Shown here: one piece after another, positions 51,432 through 61,317 of the stretch
Layout of the letters: each line of letters begins with the position of its first letter
Numbering within the stretch: the stretch's first letter is position 1
Assembly: GCA_965206125.1 (NCBI GenBank)
Contig: CBDBIN010000044.1
Span: 365,019-429,018, forward strand
Direction of reading: 5' to 3'
From: Terriglobia bacterium
GTDB lineage: Bacteria; Acidobacteriota; Terriglobia; 20CM-2-55-15
Length of the DNA: 64,000 nt
The notes under the pieces: generated by a model
Told to the model about the DNA's origin: nothing
Database searches by the model: none
What the model saw: the letters and a program-made list of their open reading frames with translations, nothing else
Made by a program: the position numbers and the translations under genes

Positions 51432-51620
51432 ACACCTCAAATATCGGCATTCGGTGCTGGGAAGTTTAGCGGGAATGCATCCTTAAAATTCAGTCGGATA
51501 CATGCAAATGTTGCTTGATTACAAGCCGCCACTTCTTCTAGGCTTCCAACGTAGCCTTGATCACATCGTCGCGGCAGTCGTTGATCTTATGCTGCACACT
51601 GAGGGGAAACCGGAGCTGAA

Positions 51621-52784
51621 ATGCAGAGATGTTCTTGTTTGATACTGTCGATTGTCATCGTTCTGGCTCTGGCCGGAAGCGCGTCCGCCCAGTCGGAATT
51701 CGACCCGGGAATTGCGGTCGGGGGCCAGATTCCACGCTTTGAACTGGCCGATGCGGACGGCAAGGTGTGGACATTCGATACGCTCAAGGGCGAGCAGGGG
51801 CTGGTGCTTCAGTTTTTCCGATCGGCCGATTGGTGACCGTACTGCAAGAGCGGGCTGGTTCAGCTCGAAGAAGCTCGAAGCGAGTATGAGGAGCGTGGTT
51901 TCAAGGTTGTCGCGATCAGCTACGATTCGCCCGAGATCCAAAAAACATTCAGCGACCGTGTCGGTCTCGGCTTTCCGCTACTGACAGATCCCGGATCGGC
52001 CACGATCAAAGAGTTTGGGATCTTTAATACCACCCTGCCGACAGATCATCCGTGGTACGGCGTTCCGTTCCCGGGAACTTTCATGGTGGACTCGTCCGGG
52101 AACATCACTTCCAAGTACTTCCGGGCGCGCTACGAAGAGCGCTATACGCCGGCGTCGATGCTGAGCATGGACTTTGGCGTGAACGGTGGGGAGGTGGTTC
52201 GCACCGAGACGGCTCACCTGACGCTGACGACCCGGCTCGGCCAGGACCGCGCGCGCACCGGCAACCGCATCGTCATCGATTTCGAGATCGAGCTACCAGA
52301 AAGGATGCACCTGTATGCGCCCGGCGTTACGGGCTACCTCCCGCTGGCGGTCGTCTTCGACGAGAATCCCCTTGTGGAGATTCACGACACGGCATATCCG
52401 CAATCCGAGATGCTCCACCTGCCTGCGATCGGGGAAACTGTGCCCGTCTACCACGGCGCTGTGAGCTTCCGGCAGGAAGTCACGATCGGCCTGGATACCC
52501 GCCGGACCTCCAGCGTCCAAATCACAGGGAAGCTCCAGTACCAGGCCTGTGACGACGAAATCTGCTACCTGGCCACCGATATCCCCCTTAGCTTCACGGT
52601 GGATCTCGATGCCCTGGACACGCAGCGGGCACGTAGCCGGCGGGGGGCGGAGGCTAGCAGCCTGTGGTTCTCACAGGCTGCTAGTGTTCAATCGCCTCGC
52701 GTAATCGAAAAATCACCAGCGCGGTCGTCGTGGCCCCAGCTCCCCGTCATGGAGTTCCCCTCCATCTGCCCTTCGATCGTGTAG
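51621..52784 (+). CDS. Probable selenoprotein: exported AhpC/TSA (redoxin) domain with UxxC + DsbD-N/DsbC-like domain; TGA at 51834-51836 read as Sec. 3' end uncertain
   Basis: ORF 51621-51836 continues in frame past TGA as PYCKSGLVQL...VVAISYD...FPLLTD and into ORF 52083-52784; stem-loop just downstream of the TGA. Confidence 0.8.
51837..51870 (+). promoter_or_regulatory. Putative bacterial SECIS element
   Basis: GGGCTG-GTT-CAGCTC hairpin with a G-initiated apical loop ~21 nt after the UGA. Confidence 0.6.
52654..52684. repeat. Perfect 13 bp-arm palindrome CTAGCAGCCTGTG-GTTCT-CACAGGCTGCTAG (minimal MITE end pair / bidirectional terminator)
   Basis: Seen directly; lies between convergent genes. 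Confidence 0.65.
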
Positions 52785-53119
52785 TGCAAGTCGCCGAGAT
52801 CGGCCTCCATCGTGATGGCTCCCGATTCGGCATCGAACGTTGCGTTGGCGATCTCGATCGCATCCGGGCCCGGGTTGAGGGTTCCCGTCAAGCTCATGCC
52901 GTCCCATGCAAGCTCCACAGTGATATCGTTGCGGTCGCCTGGGCTGGGTCCCCAGTCACCGGCCCAGGTTCCGCTGGGATCCCCGGGTTCGGCGGCGGCG
53001 GGTTCGGCCGCGGCTACGGGTTCTGGTTCGGCTGCGGGTTCGGGCGCCGGCTCAGGCGCGCAAGCCGAGAGCACCGATAAAGTTGCCATCAGGCAGAACG
53101 ACAGTAAAGTACGTCTCAT
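52688..53119 (-). CDS. Small lipoprotein with PEPA-rich linker and beta domain
   Basis: Lipobox LSAC, Pro/Glu/Ala linker, SGTWAGDW. Confidence 0.7.
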   Translation of the reverse strand: MRRTLLSFCLMATLSVLSACAPEPAPEPAAEPEPVAAAEPAAAEPGDPSGTWAGDWGPSPGDRNDITVELAWDGMSLTGTLNPGPDAIEIANATFDAESGAITMEADLGDLHYTIEGQMEGNSMTGSWGHDDRAGDFSITRGD

Positions 53120-53243
53120 TCGGATCCTCCGAGTTCAAGGTTGTCAAACACTTGCGGAATCCTATATGGCTCTTCGCGGAGTGTCAACGTGGGAGCCTCC
53201 GGTTCAGGCCACCGGTTTCGTATACAGGTTAGACTAATGGAGC

Positions 53244-54203
53244 ATGACGACGCACCGGATCCCATCCGCTTTCATTTTCATCGTGATCTGTATTGGCATC
53301 GCCCAGGCCGCGTGCGCGCGGACTGACACCGGGACTGCCCGTAATCATATCGTCCGGTTGTCCGAGGACATTGGGGGTCGCCTTGCCGGGTCGGCCAACG
53401 AGCGGCGGGCGGCGGAGTATATCGAAAGTGTCCTTACCGCACTGGGCTATGCCGCCAACCGTCAGACGTTTATCTTCACTCCGGAAGACCGCGACAGGGG
53501 CAACAGACTGGAATCGATCAACATCATCGCGGTAAAGCGAGGCCAGACCGCTCGGGAAATCATTGTCGGTGCTCACTTCGATTCGGAAGTCCTCGGCCGG
53601 GGCGCCGGCGACAACGCGTCCGGTGTCGCAGTGATGCTTGAAGCAGCGGCAGCCATCCAGGGGACCCGCACTCCGTATACGGTCCGCTTTGTCGCCTTTG
53701 GCGCCGAAGAGCAGGGTTTCGGAGGGTCGCGCTACTTCGTATCTCAAATGACGACCGAAGCCATCGAAAATACCGTGGCCATGATCAACCTCGACAGTGT
53801 CATCGCCGGGGATCGTGCTTATGTCTATGGCGATGCCGGAGAAGCCGGGGTTCTCCGTGACTGGCTCCTTGGCAAGGCCCGCGACGAGGGATTACCCCTC
53901 GGGACGCAGACGGGCGAGAATCCCCAGTACCCGTCCGGAACGACGGGCGACTTTTCCGATCACGTGCCGTTCCGAGAAGCCGGCGTTCCCTACACCTACT
54001 TCGAATCCACCAACTGGTCGCTGGGAGATCTCGATGGGTACACCGAGGTCGACCCACGGTGGGGTGAAGACGGCGAGATCTGGCACACGCGGTTCGACAC
54101 CCTGGATTACCTCGATGAGACTTTTCCGGGCAGAATCGATGCCCGACTGGCGTTGTTCAGCCGGATGCTGTATCGGGCACTTACTGAATTCACCGCACCC
54201 TAG
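53244..54203 (+). CDS. M28 family aminopeptidase (Iap-like)
   Basis: VGAHFDS, GAGDNASG, AEEQG, NLD, SDHVPF, WHTRFD. Confidence 0.88.
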   Translation: MTTHRIPSAFIFIVICIGIAQAACARTDTGTARNHIVRLSEDIGGRLAGSANERRAAEYIESVLTALGYAANRQTFIFTPEDRDRGNRLESINIIAVKRGQTAREIIVGAHFDSEVLGRGAGDNASGVAVMLEAAAAIQGTRTPYTVRFVAFGAEEQGFGGSRYFVSQMTTEAIENTVAMINLDSVIAGDRAYVYGDAGEAGVLRDWLLGKARDEGLPLGTQTGENPQYPSGTTGDFSDHVPFREAGVPYTYFESTNWSLGDLDGYTEVDPRWGEDGEIWHTRFDTLDYLDETFPGRIDARLALFSRMLYRALTEFTAP

Positions 54204-54218
54204 CAACCTATCTTTACC

Positions 54219-55976
54219 TTGAGCCAAACCCACATCACGGAACACAAGCGAGGCGGCCTGGGTGAGCTTGCCGCGACCGCGATTTGCGGCAACGACATCA
54301 CTTCGTCATGTCTCTATGTGTCGGCTCTGGCGATCCTCTATGCGGGCCGATGGGCGCCGGTCGTTCTGCTGATGGTCGCGGTTCTGCTGTATCTGTTCCG
54401 ATCGATCTACGGCGAAGTTGTCGGTGCTCTCCCGCTCAACGGCGGCGCCTACAACGCTCTGCTCAATACGACCAGCAAGTTTCGAGCTTCAATCGCGGCT
54501 TGCCTGACGATTCTCTCCTACATGGCGACCGCGGTCATTTCATCGACCGAAGCCATGCACTATGCCCACGCGTTGTGGGAGGCGGTGCCCGTAACAGAGA
54601 TGACGGTGTTGTTGCTGGCGGCGTTTCTCGGCCTCACGATATTCGGAATCGCGGAATCGGCGTTCATCGCGATCATTATTTTCGTCACGCACCTCGCCGT
54701 ACTGAGTCTCCTCGTCGTCGCGGGCTTGATCCATGTCATCTGGTCAGGATTTGGCACTTTTTCGCTGAACCTGGGTACTCCAGAGCCGGGAGGGATCGCC
54801 ATGGCCCTGTTTTTCGGGTTCAGCGCGGCACTGCTTGGAATCTCAGGTTTCGAGAGTTCTGCCAATTTCGTCGAGGAGCAGGCTGAAAATGTGTTTCCCA
54901 AGACGCTCCGCAACATGTGGATCGCAGTCAGCTTCTTCAATCCCGTGATGGCGTTGCTGGCACTCGCACTGATTCCGATTCCCGAGGTCGCAGACCACCA
55001 GGAGGCGCTGCTGGCGCACATGGGTCTCGTGTCGGGTGGAACGTGGTTGTCATCGTTGATTTCGATCGATGCCTTTCTCGTGTTGAGCGGCGCCGTGTTA
55101 ACCAGTTTTATCGGTGTGAACGGGCTGATTCGAAGAATGACCCTCGACCGTTGTCTGCCTCAGTTGCTTCTCCGGACCAACAGCCGCGGGACGACCCACC
55201 GAATCCTTGTGACGTTCTTCCTGCTCTGCGTTTCTGTACTGGCGATCACCGGTGGCGAACTCGAAGCATTGGCCGGTGTGTACACGCTGTCCTTCCTGGC
55301 CGTGATGCTGTTGTTTGCGACCGGAAATGTCCTGCTCAAGGCCAAGAGGGAAGGGCTTCCGCGACCCGAGCGCGCACCGTGGCCCGTCGTGTTTCTGGGG
55401 ATGTTTGGCGTCTCGATCGGTCTGGTCGGCACCGTTCTCATGAACCCCACCTATCTGAGGGTGTTCCTGGAATACTTCATACCGACGCTGCTTGTCGTCT
55501 CGATCATGCTGGGTCGGCTCGGTCTCCTTCGCGCAGCGCTGGTCCTGCTACGCGCCGCGCTCGTTTCTTTCGGGAAGCATGTCAACTCGTTGATGGCGAT
55601 CATCCAGGTAAAAGTAGCCGTGATCAATTCTCATCAGGTCGTTTTCTTCACACGTGGAGATAACATCGCCAACCTCAACAACGCGATGCTCTACGTCCGG
55701 CGTAACGAACACACGAACAGGATCAAGATCGTGACCGTCGTTCGTGACCGGGCCGACGTCCCTCCAACGTTGGCAGAAAACCTTGAATTTATGGACAAAG
55801 CCTATCCGCAAATCGACATAGAGTTCGTCATCCGGGAAGGGGAGTTCACCCCCGAGCTCATCGAGACGTTGAGCCGGGAGTGGAACGTTCCGACAAACTT
55901 CATGTTCATCGGTTCTCCCAGTGGCCACCTGATCTATGGTCTGGCGGAACTGGGTGGCGTGCGGCTGATCGTGTAG
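54219..55976 (+). CDS. APC family amino acid permease with C-terminal USP-like domain
   Basis: GNDITSS, NGGAY, SGFESSAN; ~12 TM segments. Confidence 0.85.
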   Translation: MSQTHITEHKRGGLGELAATAICGNDITSSCLYVSALAILYAGRWAPVVLLMVAVLLYLFRSIYGEVVGALPLNGGAYNALLNTTSKFRASIAACLTILSYMATAVISSTEAMHYAHALWEAVPVTEMTVLLLAAFLGLTIFGIAESAFIAIIIFVTHLAVLSLLVVAGLIHVIWSGFGTFSLNLGTPEPGGIAMALFFGFSAALLGISGFESSANFVEEQAENVFPKTLRNMWIAVSFFNPVMALLALALIPIPEVADHQEALLAHMGLVSGGTWLSSLISIDAFLVLSGAVLTSFIGVNGLIRRMTLDRCLPQLLLRTNSRGTTHRILVTFFLLCVSVLAITGGELEALAGVYTLSFLAVMLLFATGNVLLKAKREGLPRPERAPWPVVFLGMFGVSIGLVGTVLMNPTYLRVFLEYFIPTLLVVSIMLGRLGLLRAALVLLRAALVSFGKHVNSLMAIIQVKVAVINSHQVVFFTRGDNIANLNNAMLYVRRNEHTNRIKIVTVVRDRADVPPTLAENLEFMDKAYPQIDIEFVIREGEFTPELIETLSREWNVPTNFMFIGSPSGHLIYGLAELGGVRLIV

Positions 55977-55993
55977 CACAGAGGTGGGTGTTG

Positions 55994-57208
55994 ATGCCCG
56001 GCGCGGTCGATTTCTCGATGCGGTGTCCAGCCGACGGGCATGAGATGGTCGAGCACGTCCGTGGCTTGCTTGACGTTTCGTTGTGCCCGAGTTGCCGGGG
56101 TGTCTGGGTTCATCATGCCGAGTTCGTCGCCTTCAAGTCGCTTGCGACTCTCCTGGCATCCGATGACGGGTTGCAAGCTTCCATCGCTTCCGTGATCGAG
56201 GATTCCGGTGGCGAGAGTTCGGCCGAGGCGACCGATCATCCTTGTCCGTCATGCGGCCGGCCACTCGAACGGCGGCACGTGGATGAGATTGCCGTCGACG
56301 CCTGCATGGCGTGTGGGGGGGTGTGGGTCGGGCGGGGGCGTATCCATGGTTTCCTGCCGGCAGCCGCGGCGGTTCGGGATACCTTGCCGACCGCCGCCGA
56401 GACGCCAGGGGACACCGTCGGTGTCGGGAACAGGTTTGACCGGTTCTCGTTCAGCCACCCGCTGACATATCTTTTCGCTTTACCCCTCGCGACTGCTGCC
56501 GCGCTCATCATCAACGCCACTTCCTTCGTCGGATTGATTCGTCCCTTCCACATATGGATCCATGAATTCGGCCACGCCACGATTGCCTGGCTTGCCGGCC
56601 GCCGGGCGTTGCCCTTGCCGATCGGATGGACAAGCTGGCAGCCCGACCGGTCCGTGATCGTATACGGAGCGCTGCTGTTCCTTCTGGCGGTCCTGTTCTA
56701 CACGTCATGGCAGGAAGGGCTGCGAGGTGCCATGGTCCTGGCGGCAGGTCTGGCCGTAATCCAACTGTTGACGACCTGGGCGACCTCGGCACGTACGATC
56801 GAACTCTGGATCACGTTCGGAGGAATGGGAGGCGAGTTCTATCTCAGCGTGCTGTTGATGGTCGCGTTCTACTTTCCGATGCCGGACCGATGGCGCTGGG
56901 ATTTCTGGCGCTACGTCGTTCTCGTGATCGCCGCAAGCACGTTCTGGGACAATTTCAACTTCTGGAACAGCGTCGAAGCCGGCCGATCCGAGATCCCGTG
57001 GGGCTCCATCCTGAGTGCAGGCGACGCCGGTGGCGACATGGACCGGCTGGTCTGGCAGTTCGGATGGCGGAGCGCCGGCATTGTCGACGCATACAACAGG
57101 CTCGCCGATGCCTGCCTCATGGTTCTCATGAGCGTCTACATCGCCTTCCTGGTATGGCGGAGGTCGGAGATCCTGTCCGCTCTGAGGCAGCGGATGGCGG
57201 GCTTGTAG
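55994..57208 (+). CDS. Two zf-TFIIB-like Zn ribbons fused to an M50-like membrane metallopeptidase
   Basis: CP..CPSCRGVW and CPSC..CMACGGVW; HEFGH in a TM segment; GGDM. Confidence 0.7.
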   Translation: MPGAVDFSMRCPADGHEMVEHVRGLLDVSLCPSCRGVWVHHAEFVAFKSLATLLASDDGLQASIASVIEDSGGESSAEATDHPCPSCGRPLERRHVDEIAVDACMACGGVWVGRGRIHGFLPAAAAVRDTLPTAAETPGDTVGVGNRFDRFSFSHPLTYLFALPLATAAALIINATSFVGLIRPFHIWIHEFGHATIAWLAGRRALPLPIGWTSWQPDRSVIVYGALLFLLAVLFYTSWQEGLRGAMVLAAGLAVIQLLTTWATSARTIELWITFGGMGGEFYLSVLLMVAFYFPMPDRWRWDFWRYVVLVIAASTFWDNFNFWNSVEAGRSEIPWGSILSAGDAGGDMDRLVWQFGWRSAGIVDAYNRLADACLMVLMSVYIAFLVWRRSEILSALRQRMAGL

Positions 57209-57234
57209 CTGTAGTGGCGCTCTATGAGCGCCAC
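57209..57234 (+). repeat. GTAG-type REP
   Basis: CTGTA-GTGGCGCTC-TAT-GAGCGCCAC hairpin. Confidence 0.75.
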
Positions 57235-57252
57235 TTGGCAGTGACCCTTCGA

Positions 57253-57326
57253 TACGCCTGACAGGATTCGAACCTGAGACCTCTGGTTCCGGAGACCAGC
57301 GCTCTATCCAGCTGAGCTACAGGCGC
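57253..57326 (-). tRNA. tRNA-Arg (CCG); CCA not encoded
   Basis: GCGCCTG acceptor stem, D-arm GCTCAGCTGGATAGAGC, anticodon arm CTGGT-CTCCGGA-ACCAG, T-loop GGTTCGAATCC. Confidence 0.95.
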
Positions 57327-57546
57327 GTAGACATTCAGTCTAGGCGGTGGATATGTTCGCGTCAAGACGCCCCTATGCTACGCGAGCGCGACCGCTTTCC
57401 GGCTCCATTGGCCGCAACTACGCCGCCTGCGATATCATTCCTACCCGCTTGGAGGAACATTTGAGCAGCAGCGGCTTACGCTTCACAAACTGCGATCCGG
57501 GTGCATTCTGCGACGAGACGTTCGCCGCTCCAGAGGAAGAGCGTTC

Positions 57547-58623
57547 ATGAAAGCTTTCCCGACGCGCTTCATGCTCTTGCTGGCTTTTGCCCTGGCGGCA
57601 CAAGGTGTCGCCAGGGGACAGGGGCAAGCTGTTGAACCGCTCTCGGTCGCGGTCGTCGGTAATGCGCCCTTCGTCATCAAGGCGGACCCGCCGATCGGAT
57701 TGAGTGTAGACGTCTGGGAGACGGTCGCTGCGAGCCTGGGCGTCGCGTACACGCTCGTCCCACAGGAAGATATCGATGCTGCCATCAGCGGAGTGGAGGC
57801 GGGCGAATTCGACATCGCCGTCGGACCCGTCAGCATTACGGCCTCCCGCGCGGAGCGCGTGACGTTCGCGCAGCCCTACTTCAACGCGTCGCTGGCGATC
57901 ATGGCCCCGCAATCGGGAAGTCTGTACGACCGCTTCGCGCCCTTCTTTACACGCACGTTCGTCACAGGTTTCAGCGCGCTGGCCGCGGTTCTGATCCTCA
58001 TTGGCACGTTGCTGTGGCTCGCCGAACGCCGTGCCAACCCCGAACAGTTTCCACAGAATCCGCGCGCCGGCATCGCCAACGGCGTCTGGATGGCGCTGGT
58101 CACGATGACGACGGTCGGCTACGGCGATCGCGTTCCCGTGTCCGTCGCAGGCAGGGTCATTTCGGGGATCTGGATGTTTATCGGTCTTGTCATCGCTTCT
58201 TCGTTGACAGCGTTTCTGGCGACCGCGCTGACGCTGTCGCAGATGGACGGTCCCTCGATCGAGACCGCCGAGCAACTCCGGGGGCGTCGCGTCGCGGTGG
58301 TCGGCGGGACCACTTCCGAGGAGTTCGTCGAAAGCGTCGGTGGACGGGCGCTGGCTGCCCCCGATGTGCAGGCTGCCGTGGTCCTGCTGGAGCGGGGTGA
58401 TGCAGATGCCGTCGTGTTCGATCGCCCGATGCTGCGCTACATCATCTCCGAAGATCCCAGCCTGGACTTCCGGATTTCGGCGTCTGAGTACCGCAGGCAG
58501 AACTACGGTTTTGCAGTCCCGAAGGGAAACCCGCTCGGCGAACGCATCGGGTTGGAGATCCTCCGGCTCCGTGAAAGCGGCGAGCTCCTCGAGATCGAAC
58601 AGCGGTGGCTCGGGGCCCGCTGA
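57547..58623 (+). CDS. GluR0-like prokaryotic ligand-gated K+ channel (split SBP family 3 domain + pore)
   Basis: Signal peptide; SITASR...FAQPY (S1); TM-pore TTVGYGD-TM; GTTS...VFDRP (S2). Confidence 0.85.
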   Translation: MKAFPTRFMLLLAFALAAQGVARGQGQAVEPLSVAVVGNAPFVIKADPPIGLSVDVWETVAASLGVAYTLVPQEDIDAAISGVEAGEFDIAVGPVSITASRAERVTFAQPYFNASLAIMAPQSGSLYDRFAPFFTRTFVTGFSALAAVLILIGTLLWLAERRANPEQFPQNPRAGIANGVWMALVTMTTVGYGDRVPVSVAGRVISGIWMFIGLVIASSLTAFLATALTLSQMDGPSIETAEQLRGRRVAVVGGTTSEEFVESVGGRALAAPDVQAAVVLLERGDADAVVFDRPMLRYIISEDPSLDFRISASEYRRQNYGFAVPKGNPLGERIGLEILRLRESGELLEIEQRWLGAR

Positions 58624-58685
58624 TATTGCGGGGACAGGCTCCCCTGTCCACCTTTGCCCCTTACACGAATTGCAGGAACTGACTT

Positions 58686-58719
58686 TTAAATAGGGACATA
58701 GGTGCCGGTCCCTATTTAA
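58686..58719. repeat. TTAAATAGGGAC...GTCCCTATTTAA hairpin (REP-like family C / terminator)
   Basis: Perfect 12 bp stem; similar to 44048-44074. Confidence 0.6.
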
Positions 58720-58755
58720 TGATTGGGATATTGTTGGTTTCTGGGAACTGTGATC

Positions 58756-59859
58756 ATGCCGAACATGCTCGACATCAAACCTGGCAGCGTCGTACCGACC
58801 AAGTACTGGCATCGCTTGGAGGACGGGCGCGTGCAGTGCGACCTGTGCCCGCGATTCTGCCGCATGAGCGAAGGCCAGAGAGGCTTCTGCTTCGTTCGAG
58901 CGGCCTCCGGGGGGGAGGTCGTACTCACGACGTACGGGCGGTCCAGCGGGTTCGCAGTCGATCCGATCGAGAAGAAGCCGCTAAACCATTTCCTGCCGGG
59001 AACTCCGGTTCTGTCGTTCGGCACGGCGGGTTGCAACCTGGGCTGCCGCTTCTGCCAGAACTGGGACATCAGCAAGTCCAGGGAGTTCGATACGCTGGCC
59101 TCGCCGGCCACACCGGATGTCATCGCGCGGGCTGCCCAGGAACTCGGTTGCCGGAGTGTGGCCTTTACCTACAACGACCCGGTCATATTCATGGAGTACG
59201 CGATCGACGTCGCCGCCGCGTGCCGCGAACGCGGCATCCGCACCGTCGCCGTAACCGCCGGCTACATCACCGAAGAGCCCCGGCAAGAGTTCTTCCGTTA
59301 TATGGACGCCGCCAACGTCGACCTCAAAGCGTTCACCGACGATTTCTATTCGAAGATCTGCGCGGGCCACCTGCAGCCCGTTCTCGACACACTGGTCTAC
59401 CTGAAGCGTGAGACCGAGGTCTGGGTTGAGGTGACCGACCTTGTGATTCCCGAGGAGAACGATTCTGAGAGGGAACTCGACGAGACGACGGGTTGGGTCG
59501 CCGAGAACCTCGGTCCCGACATCCCGATGCACTTTTCCGCATTCCATCCGGACTGGAAGCTGACCAACCGGCAGCCCACGCCCCCGGAGACGCTGATCCG
59601 TGCCCGCGAGATTGCGATCGCGAACGGCCTGCGTCACGTCTACACGGGAAACATCCACGATCGGGCCTCCGACGCCACCTACTGCCACGGATGCAGCGCG
59701 AAGCTCATCGGCCGCGACTGGTACGAGCTGCTCGAATGGAACCTGGATGCCGGAGGCCGGTGCTCGAAATGCGGCACGGTCTGCGCCGGCGTATTCGAGG
59801 AGAAGCCTGGGGGATGGGGGCGCCGCCGGGAGGCGGTGCAGATCGAGCGATATGAGTAG
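58756..59859 (+). CDS. amrS: AmmeMemoRadiSam system radical SAM enzyme
   Basis: CDLCPRFC, DPIEKKPLNHF.PG, GCNLGCRFCQNW.IS, FHPDWK. Confidence 0.9.
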   Translation: MPNMLDIKPGSVVPTKYWHRLEDGRVQCDLCPRFCRMSEGQRGFCFVRAASGGEVVLTTYGRSSGFAVDPIEKKPLNHFLPGTPVLSFGTAGCNLGCRFCQNWDISKSREFDTLASPATPDVIARAAQELGCRSVAFTYNDPVIFMEYAIDVAAACRERGIRTVAVTAGYITEEPRQEFFRYMDAANVDLKAFTDDFYSKICAGHLQPVLDTLVYLKRETEVWVEVTDLVIPEENDSERELDETTGWVAENLGPDIPMHFSAFHPDWKLTNRQPTPPETLIRAREIAIANGLRHVYTGNIHDRASDATYCHGCSAKLIGRDWYELLEWNLDAGGRCSKCGTVCAGVFEEKPGGWGRRREAVQIERYE

Positions 59860-59890
59860 GGAGCTGGTCGCCCCGTAAATGTGAACGCTC

Positions 59891-61150
59891 TTATTGCGGC
59901 TGCTTCGGCCGCATGAAGAAGTAGATGATGCTGCCCACGATCATCGCGACGAGGAAGGCCAATGTGTCTTCGACCTTGGTCTGGGCGTAAAGCCAGATGC
60001 CGAGGCCGATCGCCAGGGCGGGCAACAGAGGGCCGAACTTCAGCTGGAACTCCGGCCGCGTCTCGCTTCGTTTGCGCAGGATGGGTACCGCAGCGCAGCT
60101 CACCATGTAGGCCCCGATGCGCGCCACGACGCTGATGGTCGCCAACCAGACGAACGTTCCCGAGAGTGCCATCATCCAAACGATGGCGGCAAAGACGGCG
60201 ATCGAACCGATGGGCGTCCGAAACCGGCTGTGCAGTTCGCCGAAGAACTTCGGAAACTCCCTTCGCTCGGCGAAAGCATAGGTGAGACGAGGACCGATGA
60301 GCATGACCGCGCTCAAATTACCGAATATGGAAATCAGAGCGGCCATGGCCATGACGCCACCGGCAACTGGGCCGAGGATCTGCTGCCCGGCATCGGCCAG
60401 CGGCCGCTCGGATTGGGCTAGCGTGGGCAGCGTGCCCACGGCGACCACCTGCACGGCGAGGTAGATCACTGCCGCGATACCGAGCGCGTAGATCAACGCC
60501 CACGAGATGTCCTTCTTCGGCTGCCGGGCTTCCGACGCGGGTATCGCTGCGTACTCGAAGCCCGTGAAGGCGTAGATCAACAGGAGTACCGCGGTTCCGA
60601 AGTTGCCCGAAGCGGGCGCAGCGATCGTCGAGAACGCTCCCCAGTCGACGAAGAAGAGGCCGATGGTTCCGAACGCGACCAGCGGGATGATCTTCAGAAC
60701 CGCGAGCACGTCGCCAAGCTTCGCGCCCAGTGCGACCCCCCGAACGTTCGCGCCAGCCAGGAATCCAATAACGGCCGTGAGCGAGATCATGCGGGCCAGG
60801 CCGACGTCGGCTCCGGGGACGAAGAAACCGAAGTAGGAGACCAGCAGGTTGGCGTTCGCTGCGAACGCGCTTACCCGGGCAAGCCAGATCGCCCATCCCA
60901 CTTCAAATCCGACCAGCGGTCCGAATGCCGAGCGCGCGTAGAGATACGGCCCACCGGTTTCACTGAAGTAGCTGGCTACCTCGGCAAAGCAGAGGACGAT
61001 GATGGCTACGATCCCGGCGCAGGCGACGAAGGCGATCGGGCTGGCGTTGCCCACCAACGCCGCAACCGCAGATGGCAGGCCGAAGATACCGGCGCCGATG
61101 ATCCCGTTGACGGCGAGCGCCGTCAGGTCACCTCTTCCCAATGCCCGCAT
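59891..61150 (-). CDS. APC family amino acid permease (start may be up to 84 nt further upstream)
   Basis: IIGAGIFGLP, ETGGPYLY, YAFTGFE. Confidence 0.88.
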   Translation of the reverse strand: MRALGRGDLTALAVNGIIGAGIFGLPSAVAALVGNASPIAFVACAGIVAIIVLCFAEVASYFSETGGPYLYARSAFGPLVGFEVGWAIWLARVSAFAANANLLVSYFGFFVPGADVGLARMISLTAVIGFLAGANVRGVALGAKLGDVLAVLKIIPLVAFGTIGLFFVDWGAFSTIAAPASGNFGTAVLLLIYAFTGFEYAAIPASEARQPKKDISWALIYALGIAAVIYLAVQVVAVGTLPTLAQSERPLADAGQQILGPVAGGVMAMAALISIFGNLSAVMLIGPRLTYAFAERREFPKFFGELHSRFRTPIGSIAVFAAIVWMMALSGTFVWLATISVVARIGAYMVSCAAVPILRKRSETRPEFQLKFGPLLPALAIGLGIWLYAQTKVEDTLAFLVAMIVGSIIYFFMRPKQPQ

Positions 61151-61251
61151 GGGCGTGGGCTTGCCAGGGACCGCGTTTGCCTTGGGATTGGACACCTGCC
61201 CGGAGAGCTTATGCGAGCCGGGCAGGTGGGTCAACCGACAGAACCTGCAGT

Positions 61252-61314
61252 CAGAACCCGGAGCCGTAGCGACGGGGTAGTAAGTAAAACCAGTCGCTAC
61301 CGCTCTCGGTTCTG
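61252..61314. repeat. REP-like hairpin, family B
   Basis: CAGAACCCGGAGCCGTAGCGAC...GTCGCTACCGCTCTCGGTTCTG. Confidence 0.75.
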
Positions 61315-61317
61315 TTG

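Noticed and set aside
53000-53060. Short repeats in the PEPAPEPAAEPEP region
   Set aside because: Ordinary low-complexity lipoprotein linker, not a DNA element
57253-57326. tRNA-Arg as the attachment site of an island
   Set aside because: No integrase and no duplicated tRNA 3' end seen in the window
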